A stretch of 64,000 nucleotides of DNA, taken from contig JBJBCN010000003.1 in NCBI GenBank assembly GCA_047285805.1, positions 736,001 through 800,000 on the forward strand. The letters run 5' to 3'. The DNA comes from Synechococcus sp. (lineage in GTDB: Bacteria > Cyanobacteriota > Cyanobacteriia > PCC-6307 > Cyanobiaceae). The notes under the pieces were generated by a model, which ran no database searches, was not told where the DNA came from, and worked only from the letters and a program-made list of their open reading frames with translations. A program made the translations under genes and the position numbers. Shown here one piece after another: positions 55,076 to 64,000 of the stretch (positions are counted from its first letter, which is position 1; each line of letters starts with the position of its first letter).

Positions 55076-55712
55076 GCGCGGACGCTTTCTGGTGCTGGAG
55101 GGCATCGACGGTTGTGGGAAGACCACCCAGATCGAAGCGCTCAAGGCGTGGCTCCCCGCGAGTGGTCTGATGCCCGAGGGCTCGCAACTGCTGGTGACGC
55201 GAGAGCCGGGGGGAACGGCCCTGGGTCAGGCCTTGCGTCAGCTGCTGCTGCATCCTCCGGGGGAGTCAGCTCCAGAGTCCACAGCCGAGTTGCTGCTCTA
55301 CGCGGCCGATCGCGCCCAGCATGTACAGCAGCGCATTGCGCCGGCCCTGGCGGCGGGCCATTGGGTGCTGAGCGATCGCTTTGTGGGATCGACGGCGGCC
55401 TACCAGGGCTATGGCCGCGGCTTGTCCCTGGACTTGATTGATCAGCTCGCCGCGATTGCCACGGCTGGGGTGCAGCCGGATCTCACGGCCCTGTTGGAGA
55501 TCTCCTTGGCGGAGTCCTTCCGCCGAAGGGGCCACCGCCCGGCCGATCGCATCGAAGCCAGCGGCGAGGCCTTCTTGGCGCGGGTCTGCGCGGGCTTTAG
55601 TGCCCTGGCCCAGCAACACGGCTGGTGTCGCATCGAGGCCGGTCAATCGCCCGAAGCGGTCAGCCGGGCCCTGCAGGTGGCGATTCAGGAGGTCTGCCAC
55701 AGCGATGGCTGA
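55068..55712 (+). CDS. tmk: Thymidylate kinase
   Basis: EGIDGCGKTTQ, TREPGG, SDRF, YQG. Confidence 0.96.
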   Translation: MTKRGRFLVLEGIDGCGKTTQIEALKAWLPASGLMPEGSQLLVTREPGGTALGQALRQLLLHPPGESAPESTAELLLYAADRAQHVQQRIAPALAAGHWVLSDRFVGSTAAYQGYGRGLSLDLIDQLAAIATAGVQPDLTALLEISLAESFRRRGHRPADRIEASGEAFLARVCAGFSALAQQHGWCRIEAGQSPEAVSRALQVAIQEVCHSDG

Positions 55713-56685
55713 GCTGTTTGAGGATCTGCTGGGGCAATCCCAAGCGGTGGCCCTGCTTCGGGCCGGTTTGCAGCATCAGCGCTTGGCACCGGCCTATCTG
55801 TTCTGCGGTCCCGATGGTGTGGGTCGCCGTTTGGCGGCCTTGCGCTTCTTGGAGGGAGCCATTGCGGGGCTCGAAGGCTCTTCTTCGGTGAGACGTCGGC
55901 TGCAGGACGGCAACCATCCCGACCTGCTCTGGGTGGAGCCCACCTATTCCGATAAGGGGCAGTTGGTTCCTGCGTCACAGGCCGAAGCCGCTGGTGTGAG
56001 CCGCAAAGCGCCCCCGCAGCTGCGGCTGGAGCAGGTCCGGGCCGTCTCCCAGTTCTTGGCACGCCGGCCGCTGGAGTCTTCCCGTTGTCTGGTGGTGATG
56101 GAAACCGTGGAGGCCATGGCCGAAGGAGCGGCCAATGCCCTGCTGAAAACCCTGGAGGAACCTGGGGACGGGATGTTGATTCTGCTGACAGCCTCCCCGG
56201 ATCGCCTTCTCAGCACGATTCGCTCCCGCTGTCAGTCAATTCCCTTTGGGCGGCTGGATCCCAAGACGTTGGAGGCGGTTCTGCAGCGCCATGGCCATGG
56301 GGGACTCACCCAGGCTGGCGATCCGCCTGAGTTGCGCGAACTCGCGGCGGGTTCACCGGGGGCTCTGCTGGAGCAACGGGCGCAATGGCAAGCCCTGCCG
56401 GAGGGGTTGACCGATCGCTGCAGTGCGTTTTCGGCCACCAATGGTGCCCAGACCCCAATGGTGGCCATGTCCTTGGCCCGTGATCTCTGTGAGGTGCTGG
56501 ATGTGGAGCAGCAGCTGTGGCTCCTGGACTGGTGGCAGCTCCACCTCTGGCGCCAACGTCAGGAACCCGCTCCGCTGAAGCGTCTGGAGCAACTCAGGTC
56601 CCAACTGCGTAGTTACGTCCAGCCGCGCTTGGCCTGGGAGGTTGCACTGTTATCGCTGGCGGGGGCGGGATCGCGCAGTACCTAG
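55705..56685 (+). CDS. holB: DNA polymerase III subunit delta'
   Basis: [26 protein letters not shown]; follows tmk. Confidence 0.94.
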   Translation: MAELFEDLLGQSQAVALLRAGLQHQRLAPAYLFCGPDGVGRRLAALRFLEGAIAGLEGSSSVRRRLQDGNHPDLLWVEPTYSDKGQLVPASQAEAAGVSRKAPPQLRLEQVRAVSQFLARRPLESSRCLVVMETVEAMAEGAANALLKTLEEPGDGMLILLTASPDRLLSTIRSRCQSIPFGRLDPKTLEAVLQRHGHGGLTQAGDPPELRELAAGSPGALLEQRAQWQALPEGLTDRCSAFSATNGAQTPMVAMSLARDLCEVLDVEQQLWLLDWWQLHLWRQRQEPAPLKRLEQLRSQLRSYVQPRLAWEVALLSLAGAGSRST

Positions 56686-57452
56686 GCGGCGGTGCGGCGG
56701 TTGTCTCGGGCCTGTTGCACCAGTTGGGCGAGCTCTTCCTGGTTGTCTCCACTGGGGAGTTCCAGGCAGTAGCCGGCACCGTACACGGTCTTGATGAAGC
56801 GGGGCTTGCGGGGATCGGGCTCGAGCTTGGTGCGCAGGTGCCGCACGTGTACGCGGATGGTTTCGATGTCGTCGTCCGGCTCGTAGCCCCAGACCTCCTT
56901 CAGTATTAGTGAGGGGGCAACGGTTTGGCCGTGGCGCTGCAGGAGGCAGTGGAGCAGCTCGAACTCCAGGTGGGTCAGCCGGACGGGTTCGTCGAACCAG
57001 ATCGCTTCAAAGCGCTCTGGGACCAGGGTCAGGCAGCCGTAGCTAAGGATCTCGTTGTGCTTTGTCGAGAGCGGAGCTCGATCGGAGCGGCGTAGGAGCG
57101 CCTTGATGCGCACCAGGAGCTCTTCCAGATCGAACGGCTTCGCGAGGTAGTCGTCTGCTCCGGAATTGAAGCCGCTGACCTTGTCCTTCGTGCTGCCCAG
57201 GGCCGTCAGCATCAGCACGGGTATGCGCGAAGTGCGCTCATCACGCCTCAGCCGCTGGCAGAGGGTGAGGCCATCCACCTTGGGGAGCATGAGGTCAAGC
57301 AGGACCAGGTCGGGGGTGTATTGGAGCGCCAGCGCCTGACCTTTAATGCCGTCTTCAGCACGCTGCACGTCGAAGCCGCTGTGCTCAAGGTGGCCGGCCA
57401 CAAGCTCGCGCATGTCGCCGTCGTCTTCGATCAGCAGGATGCAGGGCTTCAT
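56682..57452 (-). CDS. rpaA: OmpR-family response regulator RpaA
   Basis: [44 protein letters not shown]. Confidence 0.95.
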   Translation of the reverse strand: MKPCILLIEDDGDMRELVAGHLEHSGFDVQRAEDGIKGQALALQYTPDLVLLDLMLPKVDGLTLCQRLRRDERTSRIPVLMLTALGSTKDKVSGFNSGADDYLAKPFDLEELLVRIKALLRRSDRAPLSTKHNEILSYGCLTLVPERFEAIWFDEPVRLTHLEFELLHCLLQRHGQTVAPSLILKEVWGYEPDDDIETIRVHVRHLRTKLEPDPRKPRFIKTVYGAGYCLELPSGDNQEELAQLVQQARDNRRTAA

Positions 57453-57719
57453 GACTGGCTCCTCGGTTGACGGGTGCGCGGTTTCAGTGAAGGACCGAAG
57501 TTCACCGCAAGTATTCTCCGCGGCTTTTTGTGCTTCTGCACAACAAGGCTTCCGCTTGGTGTGGCGCTGAAGTTTTGCCGAACCTAGGGCTTGCAAGGGG
57601 TTTCCCTGGATCAAACCCGCCGCCAAGGCTTTGAATCTTCAGGTTTTCTTTCGTCTTTTGGGTTGCGGATCTCGACCGTTTGTTGTGATGCGTGATCTGC
57701 CTTCTCTAGGGCTCCAAGC

Positions 57720-57748
57720 AAAAAGCCCAGCCTCAAGGCTGGGCTTTT
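57720..57748. terminator. Intrinsic terminator downstream of tRNA-Asn (symmetric, potentially bidirectional)
   Basis: AAAAGCCCAGCC-TCAA-GGCTGGGCTTTT perfect hairpin with A/T tails on both sides. Confidence 0.85.
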
Positions 57749-57755
57749 CCAGAAA

Positions 57756-57827
57756 CTCCCCGGGCGGGATTCGAACCTGCGACCAATCGATTAACAGTCG
57801 ACCGCTCTACCGCTGAGCTACCGAGGA
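57756..57827 (-). tRNA. trnN: tRNA-Asn (GTT), CCA not encoded
   Basis: Minus strand TCCTCGGTAGCTCAGCGGTAGAGCGGTCGACTGTTAATCGATTGGTCGCAGGTTCGAATCCCGCCCGGGGAG; cloverleaf with anticodon GTT. Confidence 0.97.
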
Positions 57828-57860
57828 ATGATCCCTCTCGGGACCCGAAGAACATACCTT

Positions 57861-58556
57861 TCAGACCTTCCTCGTCGCAAGAGGCTTGAGCTGGTTCTGC
57901 AGCTTCGCGCCGGACTGCCAGGGGCCGATGCTGCCGCGCTCCATCAGGGCGGCTCCGTCGCACCAGCTCAGTTCCTCCAGCCGATGGGTAATCCAGAGGG
58001 CGGTGATAGGCGCGTCCTGCCGGTGGCAGAGCTGGTTGATCAGACTGATGACCTCCTGCTGGCTGGTTTCATCCAGGAGCGCGGTGGGTTCATCCATCAG
58101 GAGGAGCTGAGCTTCGCTCGCTAGAGCTCCAGCGATGGCGAGCCGTTGCTTTTGACCACCGCTGAGACTGTGGATGGGCCGTTGGCGATAGCCCCCCAGC
58201 CCCACCTGCTCGAGGACCTTATGGACCCGTTCCAATCGCTCGCTCGCCGTGAGGGTGCTGGGAAGCGAGAGCTCAATATCGCTACCACAGCTGGGCAACA
58301 GGAGTTGGTGGTCAGGGTTCTGGAAAACCAGTGCCGGTTTCAGCGGCCGCTGCAGCTGCCCTTGGCTGGGCTCCAGGAGGCCAGCGATCAGGCGCAGCAA
58401 GGTGCTCTTTCCGCAGCCATTCCCGCCCACCAGCATCCAGAGCCCCGGGCGGGGAATCGAAAAGTTGCAGTGGTTGAGGGCGTGGTGACCGGTGGGCCAG
58501 GTGAATCCCAGTCGTTCTGCCACCAGAGAGGGCTGCCCTCCGGCCGCCTCAGTCAT
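57861..58556 (-). CDS. ECF-type (CbiO-like) ABC transporter ATP-binding protein
   Basis: [35 protein letters not shown]. Confidence 0.9.
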   Translation of the reverse strand: MTEAAGGQPSLVAERLGFTWPTGHHALNHCNFSIPRPGLWMLVGGNGCGKSTLLRLIAGLLEPSQGQLQRPLKPALVFQNPDHQLLLPSCGSDIELSLPSTLTASERLERVHKVLEQVGLGGYRQRPIHSLSGGQKQRLAIAGALASEAQLLLMDEPTALLDETSQQEVISLINQLCHRQDAPITALWITHRLEELSWCDGAALMERGSIGPWQSGAKLQNQLKPLATRKV

Positions 58557-58812
58557 CGAAGCTGAAGCCGGGGCGCTTGCTACCGCCGCCGAGGCTCGAT
58601 TTTTCGTAGGTCAGAACCGCGACGATTTCAGAGGTCAGCAGGCTGACCCGCTTGCTTTCCTCTTTCTCGCAGCGCAGCTCGAGCAGGTGGGGCTGACCGG
58701 ACTCCATCGCCTGCTTGATTTGGTTGTAGAGCTCTTGTGCAGCGCTTTGCTCCTTGCGCTGGACCGCAACGGGCATCGGGCTCAGCTTCAACGAGAGCTC
58801 AATTACAAACAC
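58549..58812 (-). CDS. Conserved small cyanobacterial protein (UPF0367-like)
   Basis: [18 protein letters not shown]...LELRCEK...RPGF; overlaps the ATPase start. Confidence 0.75.
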   Translation of the reverse strand: MFVIELSLKLSPMPVAVQRKEQSAAQELYNQIKQAMESGQPHLLELRCEKEESKRVSLLTSEIVAVLTYEKSSLGGGSKRPGFSFDD

Positions 58813-58872
58813 AGGAGAATGGTTTCAGCCAGCCACCACTTTGGCGAACCGCAGCACCGGTTGCTGTGGGTC

Positions 58873-58888
58873 TGAGTACAAGTACTCA
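58873..58888. promoter_or_regulatory. Palindromic putative operator in the divergent psbD promoter region
   Basis: TGAGTAC-AA-GTACTCA perfect inverted repeat; candidate -10 TACAGT at 58949-58954. Confidence 0.4.
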
Positions 58889-58984
58889 TTGCTCGACCAA
58901 CCTTGCCGGAGATTGTGCGCGAGCTCGCCGGACGCGTCCGGTTCCCCGTACAGTGACCTTGTAAAGCTTCATGAAGCCGCTCTC

Positions 58985-60040
58985 ATGACGATCGCTGTAG
59001 GGCGCGCGCCGCAGCGGGGATGGTTCGACATCCTCGATGACTGGCTCAAGCGCGACCGCTTCGTTTTTGTCGGGTGGTCGGGTCTGCTCCTGTTCCCCAC
59101 TGCCTATCTGGCACTGGGTGGCTGGCTGACCGGCACCACCTTTGTCACCTCCTGGTACACCCACGGCATTGCCAGCTCCTATTTGGAGGGCTGCAATTTC
59201 CTCACCGCTGCGGTGAGCAGCCCGGCTGATGCCATGGGCCACTCTCTCCTTCTTCTCTGGGGCCCAGAAGCCCAGGGCGACTTCGTTCGCTGGTGCCAGC
59301 TCGGCGGTCTCTGGACCTTCGTGGCCCTGCACGGCGCCTTCTCCCTGATCGGCTTCATGCTGCGTCAGTTCGAGATTGCCCGCCTGGTCGGCATCCGTCC
59401 TTACAACGCCATTGCCTTCTCCGGCCCGATTGCGGTGTTCGTCAGCGTTTTCCTGATGTACCCCCTCGGTCAGAGCAGCTGGTTCTTCGCACCGAGCTTC
59501 GGCGTAGCAGCGATCTTCCGCTTCCTGCTGTTCCTCCAGGGCTTCCACAACTGGACGCTGAACCCGTTCCACATGATGGGCGTGGCCGGCATCCTCGGCG
59601 GCGCACTGCTGTGTGCGATCCACGGCGCCACCGTGGAGAACACCCTGTTTGAGGACAGCGAACAGGCCAACACCTTTAAGGCGTTCGAGCCCACCCAGGA
59701 AGAAGAGACCTATTCGATGGTCACCGCCAACCGCTTCTGGAGCCAGATCTTCGGGATCGCGTTCTCCAACAAGCGCTGGCTGCACTTCTTCATGCTGTTC
59801 GTGCCCGTCATGGGCCTCTGGACCAGCTCCATCGGCATCATTGGCCTGGCCCTCAACCTGCGTGCCTACGACTTCGTGTCACAGGAAATCCGCGCTGCTG
59901 AGGACCCCGAGTTCGAGACCTTCTACACGAAGAACATTCTTCTGAATGAAGGCCTGCGCGCCTGGATGGCCCCCGCGGACCAACCGCACGAAAACTTCGT
60001 CTTCCCTGAAGAGGTTCTGCCTCGCGGCAACGCTCTTTGA
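58985..60040 (+). CDS. psbD: Photosystem II D2 protein (stand-alone copy)
   Basis: [26 protein letters not shown]-terminal [10 protein letters not shown]; no psbC follows. Confidence 0.99.
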   Translation: MTIAVGRAPQRGWFDILDDWLKRDRFVFVGWSGLLLFPTAYLALGGWLTGTTFVTSWYTHGIASSYLEGCNFLTAAVSSPADAMGHSLLLLWGPEAQGDFVRWCQLGGLWTFVALHGAFSLIGFMLRQFEIARLVGIRPYNAIAFSGPIAVFVSVFLMYPLGQSSWFFAPSFGVAAIFRFLLFLQGFHNWTLNPFHMMGVAGILGGALLCAIHGATVENTLFEDSEQANTFKAFEPTQEEETYSMVTANRFWSQIFGIAFSNKRWLHFFMLFVPVMGLWTSSIGIIGLALNLRAYDFVSQEIRAAEDPEFETFYTKNILLNEGLRAWMAPADQPHENFVFPEEVLPRGNAL

Positions 60041-60081
60041 TTCAGACATCTGGATTCAGATAACGCTTTACTTAACACATC

Positions 60082-60105
60082 AGCGCCCCTAGGGGGCGCT
60101 TTTTT
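60082..60105 (+). terminator. Intrinsic terminator of psbD
   Basis: AGCGCCCC-TAG-GGGGCGCT hairpin followed by a T run. Confidence 0.85.
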
Positions 60106-61377
60106 ATGTCTCAGGATTGATGACCTCAGAGGAGAGTTGTTCATGGCTGAATCCGCTGGGGGCCCACCAGCGCAGGTCGGCTGAGCGGTAGGCCAGCACG
60201 TTGAACATGCCGCGGATTTGGTGATAAATGATGTGGCAATTGAAAGCCCAAATCCCTGGTTGGATGGCATTGAAGGCGATCTGGCAGCGACCGACTTTGG
60301 GTACCAACACGGTGTGCCGCATCGGGCCTGAAAGCGGTTGGCCGTCGATTTCAACGACTTGGAATTCGTGGCCATGGAGATGCATGGGATGCCCCATCGG
60401 GGTCGGATTGCTGAAGACCATCTCGACCCATTGCGCGTTTTCCACCTAGTAGGGGTCGCGGTAGGGATAGAAGCGATCGCTCAGCCCCCAGCGATAGGAA
60501 GGTGCGGGTCCCATCAGGGCAACGGGAATGCTGTTGTCGGTGGGCTTGTTTGGTAGGGGCCGCTGGGCCCTCAGTTGCTGGTCCTGGGTGAAATCGAGCT
60601 GACCTGTCGACTGCTCGGTTTGCAGTGTCAATAGGGGGAGGTCTGCTCGCGGGCGCTGCGCAGGACGACGCCACAGCGCAGGTTGCTTTGCTCCTCCCAG
60701 GCCAGTAGGGGAAAGACGTCCGGTGTGTTCGGTCGGCGGATCCGCAGGCTGAGCCGTTGGACGACTGCGAATTGGAAGACCGATCCCCTGATCGTTTCTA
60801 CGGGGTTGGCATCCGTGCGCAGAAGCTCGCCCTCCAGTTCGCTCAGGTCGAGGAAGAAATTCATGAAGGCGTGGCGGCGATCCAACGAATGGCCACGGTC
60901 TCCCCTAGCTTCACATCGATGATCTGCGGCGCATCGAGGGAGCGTTCATTCGCCAGGAGGGCGTCATAGACGACGTCGGTCAGTATCAACTGACCGGCCT
61001 CACGCTTCCAGCTGAACCTCTCCTTTGCTGGATCCCACCCCTGGGTGAGCTGGGGCCGTTCGGCCTGCAAATCAAACGCCTGCAGGCTGCGGGCCATGGC
61101 GTTGCCGCCGCCTTGTTGGCCGGCGACGACGTTCTTCAAGATCGTCTTCGCCAGCGTGCAGCTGAAATCCCGCAGCGTCACCGTGACGGTTTGATCGGCC
61201 CAGGCCTAGTGCTCCTCGCTGAGGATCAACAAGGGTTCAGCGACCAAGCTTTGAGTCTGCAGCCCGTAATGGGAGTGCATCCAGAAGGTGCCGTCCTGCT
61301 GAAGCTGGGATTGAATGCGTTGCGCGGCCCAGGGCTGCGGCGAGCAGTCCGAGACCAAGGATGGATCGACGACGCAT
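60104..61377 (-). pseudogene. Multicopper oxidase pseudogene (Tat-exported)
   Basis: MRRRSILGLGLLAAALG Tat signal; FWMHSH, HPMHLHGH and WAFNCHIIYH copper motifs spread over fragments; TAG stops at 61206-61208 and 60446-60448; frameshifts. Confidence 0.9.
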
Positions 61378-61744
61378 CCCTGCAGTCCACCTGTCCGTTG
61401 ATTAGCTAGCCGAAGCTCCCTTGTCGTATTCGCCACGTCGCATTGGGTTCGGCCTCGATAGAATTTGAGGGTTCCGTTAGCAGTGGTGTGGCGGCGCAGA
61501 ACCCTTCGGGTGAAAGCGTTGCCGGATGCATCGCCGGCTAACACCAACCCCCACAGGAGGAGGTGCCCGTGTCCCACAGTTGTAAGAATCAGGGTCTGCT
61601 GATCGCGGAGAACGCCGGCTGATTTCGAAGCCTTATTCCTAGATCAAACGGTTCCGCGCCAGAGCGGACCCGGCGAGAGCCCCCGGTCCCTCTTGAGGAA
61701 TCGGGGGCATCGTTTTGACTGGGTCCTCTCCATGTGGCCAGTCC

Positions 61745-62980
61745 ATGACGAGCACAAGGCAATCACTGGATTGGCCGGATTTGTTCTTGATGCTGTTGGC
61801 GGCCGTCATTCAGTTTTTTCGCGCAGGATCCCTGGGCCTGGAGTGTTGGGTCCCCGGGCGTTCCCTGACCTTTTGCGTCGATCAGTACTGGGTCAATCAA
61901 ATGCTGAAGAACTATGCCGGTGGATTCACCAAGCGCGGCTTCAGCGGCGAGCTGCTGCGGCATCTCTTCCCGTCAGGGTTGGATCTGATTGGGCTCAACG
62001 TTTTCGCCTTGCTGCTCTTCATGGCTCTGGCGTTGTTGCTGTATGCCGTTGTGCGCATGCTGCTGGGGCGCTCCGGTTGGCCGCCCCTACTGATCAGCCT
62101 CTTGCTGTTGTTTGCGCCCTTTGGCAAGTCCCTGGCGGAGACAGCCTTGGATCCGCTGCAGCTCTGTCTGCTGCTGGTGGCTTCAGTGCTGTTGACCCCT
62201 GTTCAAAGCCGAGCGCGAGATGCGGTCGTATTGATCTCCTTTGTCCTCGCATCATTGATCTATGAGGGCTGCGCCCTGCTGCTCTTGCCAGTCGGCTTCT
62301 GGTTGATGCGAGCGACCTGCTGGCGCTGGCTCCCACTGGCCCTGGGAGCCGCGTTGCTGTTGGTGTTCCAGCAACCCGATGCTCCGAGCGTCGGTCAGGC
62401 GGCGCGGGAGGCCTTGGTGGCGATCAATCCCCTCACCGGTGAGCAACTGCGCTACAGGGATGGCGGTGGCTTGGCCGCATCAGTGAGTTTCAGCTTCAAC
62501 GTGAAGCAGGAGTTCAGCCGCTATCTCTCCAATGCGCCCCGAGAGACGTTGTCAAGGATGGCGCGTTCCTTAGGTGTTGTTCTTGTTTATGGCATCGCGC
62601 TGGTGACAGCCATGGCGGACCGCAGACCCGCCGAACGCAGCCTGGGCATCCGGGTCTGGTCCCTCTGGGTGCCCGTGGCCTTGCCCTTCGTCTTGATCAC
62701 CCACGACTGGCTGCGTTACGGCGTGATCCTGTTGTTCCTGGCGATGGTGGTGACGGCCGCCCAATGCCCACCCCGTCCGCTCGAGTCAGGTCCGATGACG
62801 CGGCCCGAGTGGCTCGCGAGCGCTCTGGTCGCCATGGCGGTTGCTGTGGGGCCCTCCACCGGTGATGTCCGGAAATTCCTGCCCCACAACTATTTCCACG
62901 CGTCCCTGCTGATGCTGCTGGTGGCGCTCGCGGTGCTGCTGATCGAGCACCGCCGGCTCAAGCCTCAGCAGACCGGCTGA
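61745..62980 (+). CDS. Polytopic membrane protein, possible GT-C-type glycosyltransferase
   Basis: About 10 hydrophobic segments; loop NYAGGFTKRGFSGE; HDWLRY motif; glycosylation gene neighbours. Confidence 0.65.
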   Translation: MTSTRQSLDWPDLFLMLLAAVIQFFRAGSLGLECWVPGRSLTFCVDQYWVNQMLKNYAGGFTKRGFSGELLRHLFPSGLDLIGLNVFALLLFMALALLLYAVVRMLLGRSGWPPLLISLLLLFAPFGKSLAETALDPLQLCLLLVASVLLTPVQSRARDAVVLISFVLASLIYEGCALLLLPVGFWLMRATCWRWLPLALGAALLLVFQQPDAPSVGQAAREALVAINPLTGEQLRYRDGGGLAASVSFSFNVKQEFSRYLSNAPRETLSRMARSLGVVLVYGIALVTAMADRRPAERSLGIRVWSLWVPVALPFVLITHDWLRYGVILLFLAMVVTAAQCPPRPLESGPMTRPEWLASALVAMAVAVGPSTGDVRKFLPHNYFHASLLMLLVALAVLLIEHRRLKPQQTG

Positions 62981-63902
62981 GGTCTGGTTGGCGCACCAGC
63001 GCCAGGACGCCGACCAGGCAGGGAATGGCAAGGGTGCAGAGCCGTAGCAGCAGCGTGACGGCCAGAGCTTGGGAGCGGTCGGCTCCGTAGAGCATCGCCA
63101 GGCCAATCGAGGTGGCTTCACTAGTGCCCAAGCCGGCGGGCAGAAGCGAGATCACACCGCCCAGGCCGGTCGCCGTTCGAATCACGGCGGTTTGATGCAG
63201 GTTCAGGTCCACTCCCAAGGCCTGGTAAAGCGCCACCAGCAGTCCTGCCTCGATCATCCAGCAGATGCAGGCCATCAGGGTGCCGACGATGAGGGGTTTG
63301 GGTTTCATCAACTGGCGCATCCGGCCCATGGCCAGCAGGGCTTCGCGCAGTAGGCGAATCAGACCGTTCCAGCGCTGATGGAGCGGCAGGCTCTCGAGCC
63401 AATGCTCCAGTCGGCGCAGGACCCTGGGATGGGTCAGTACCCAGCCGCCCAAACCGAGAACCGCAAGGCCGATCAGCATCGCGATCCAGACCTGTTCCCC
63501 AAGACCCCAGCTCAGCACCAGTAGTGCACTGGCTAGATCAGCCAGTCGTTCCGCCAGGGTGATGCCAACCCCGACGGTTAGCGGGAAGCCGTGGCGCCGT
63601 TGCAGCCAGAGGCCGCGGACCGCTTCGCCGCTGCGCCCTGGGGCGGCGATCAGGGCCAGGCCCGCCGCGTAAATCTTGGTGGCGGGTTTGAGGGGCAGGG
63701 GAAAGCCCAGTTGGCGCAGGTAATAGGACCAGCGCACAATCAGCACGAGGTGGCTCCCCAGGCAAATGGCCGGGGCCAGGATCCACCAGCGCCAGGACAG
63801 TTCCCCCAGGGTGGCGCTCACGTCCTGGATGCCAAAGGCGGTGGTGAGCCCGAGGTAGATCGCTAGGGCTGCGACAAGCCCAAAGAGCCAACGGCGCCGC
63901 AT
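62958..63902 (-). CDS. UPF0104 / lysylphosphatidylglycerol synthase TM-region (flippase-like) protein
   Basis: RW, PGRSGEAVR, ER..D, PAGLGTSE, LLR motifs. Confidence 0.88.
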   Translation of the reverse strand: MRRRWLFGLVAALAIYLGLTTAFGIQDVSATLGELSWRWWILAPAICLGSHLVLIVRWSYYLRQLGFPLPLKPATKIYAAGLALIAAPGRSGEAVRGLWLQRRHGFPLTVGVGITLAERLADLASALLVLSWGLGEQVWIAMLIGLAVLGLGGWVLTHPRVLRRLEHWLESLPLHQRWNGLIRLLREALLAMGRMRQLMKPKPLIVGTLMACICWMIEAGLLVALYQALGVDLNLHQTAVIRTATGLGGVISLLPAGLGTSEATSIGLAMLYGADRSQALAVTLLLRLCTLAIPCLVGVLALVRQPDLSRSAEA

Positions 63903-64000
63903 CAGGGAATGAACCTCAACTTGCGGGCGGCATAGATGCACATCTGTCCCAGGGTCAGACCCTCTTTGAAGTGGGCGATGTTCGAGCTGCCGTAGCTGCG
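63902..64000 (-). CDS. C-terminus of a probable family 2 glycosyltransferase (runs off the window)
   Basis: Manual translation RSYGSSNIAHFKEGLTLGQMCIYAARKLRFIP*, resembling the R.YG.S/TNI end of DPM1-like GT2 enzymes; TGATG coupling to the UPF0104 gene. Confidence 0.6.
   Translation of the reverse strand, partial: RSYGSSNIAHFKEGLTLGQMCIYAARKLRFIP

Noticed and set aside
57453..57626. Extended rpaA N-terminus in the ORF track
   Set aside because: The receiver domain starts at MKPCILL (57452); the upstream translation is not protein-like
57756..57827. tRNA-Asn as an integration site
   Set aside because: No integrase and no duplicated tRNA 3' end seen; both flanks are core genes
58754..58984. 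Extended psbD N-terminus in the ORF track
   Set aside because: The canonical D2 start MTIAVG is at 58985; the extension crosses the promoter and the divergent gene
61378..61714. Possible ncRNA or gene remnant between the oxidase pseudogene and the membrane protein
   Set aside because: Only short imperfect hairpins and no recognisable coding motif; cannot be supported from sequence alone

Overview
GC-rich, gene-dense chromosomal segment of a picocyanobacterium (Synechococcus/Cyanobium type, judged from gene content and protein sequences). From 1 to ~60040 it is mostly core genome. Quinone and pigment genes: menA-menC-menE, a DHNA-CoA thioesterase, chlM, pds-crtB and a Z-ISO/NnrU homologue. 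NDH-1 genes: ndhH, ndhA-I-G-E, ndhF1-D1 and ndhM. Other metabolism: purE, cysC, trpB, gltA, metF, cugP, plsX-fabH-fabD-plsC, and a Cu-ATPase-tmk-holB run. Regulators: hrcA, Rre1/Ycf29, PedR, RbcR, RpaB and RpaA. Also present: radA, ycf3, tRNA-Asn(GTT) and a stand-alone psbD. After the psbD terminator an accessory-looking region begins: a heavily decayed Tat-exported multicopper oxidase pseudogene, then a putative GT2 / flippase / GT-C-like surface glycosylation module that runs off the window end. Other notable observations are an ABC exporter with a C-terminal cyclic-nucleotide-binding domain inserted between a rhodanese gene and hrcA, an RluA-family protein whose catalytic Asp is replaced by Gly, two small candidate ORFs (one absent from the ORF track), and a palindromic operator-like site upstream of psbD. 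No CRISPR array, integrase or transposase was seen. All family calls come from motif recognition, not database searches.
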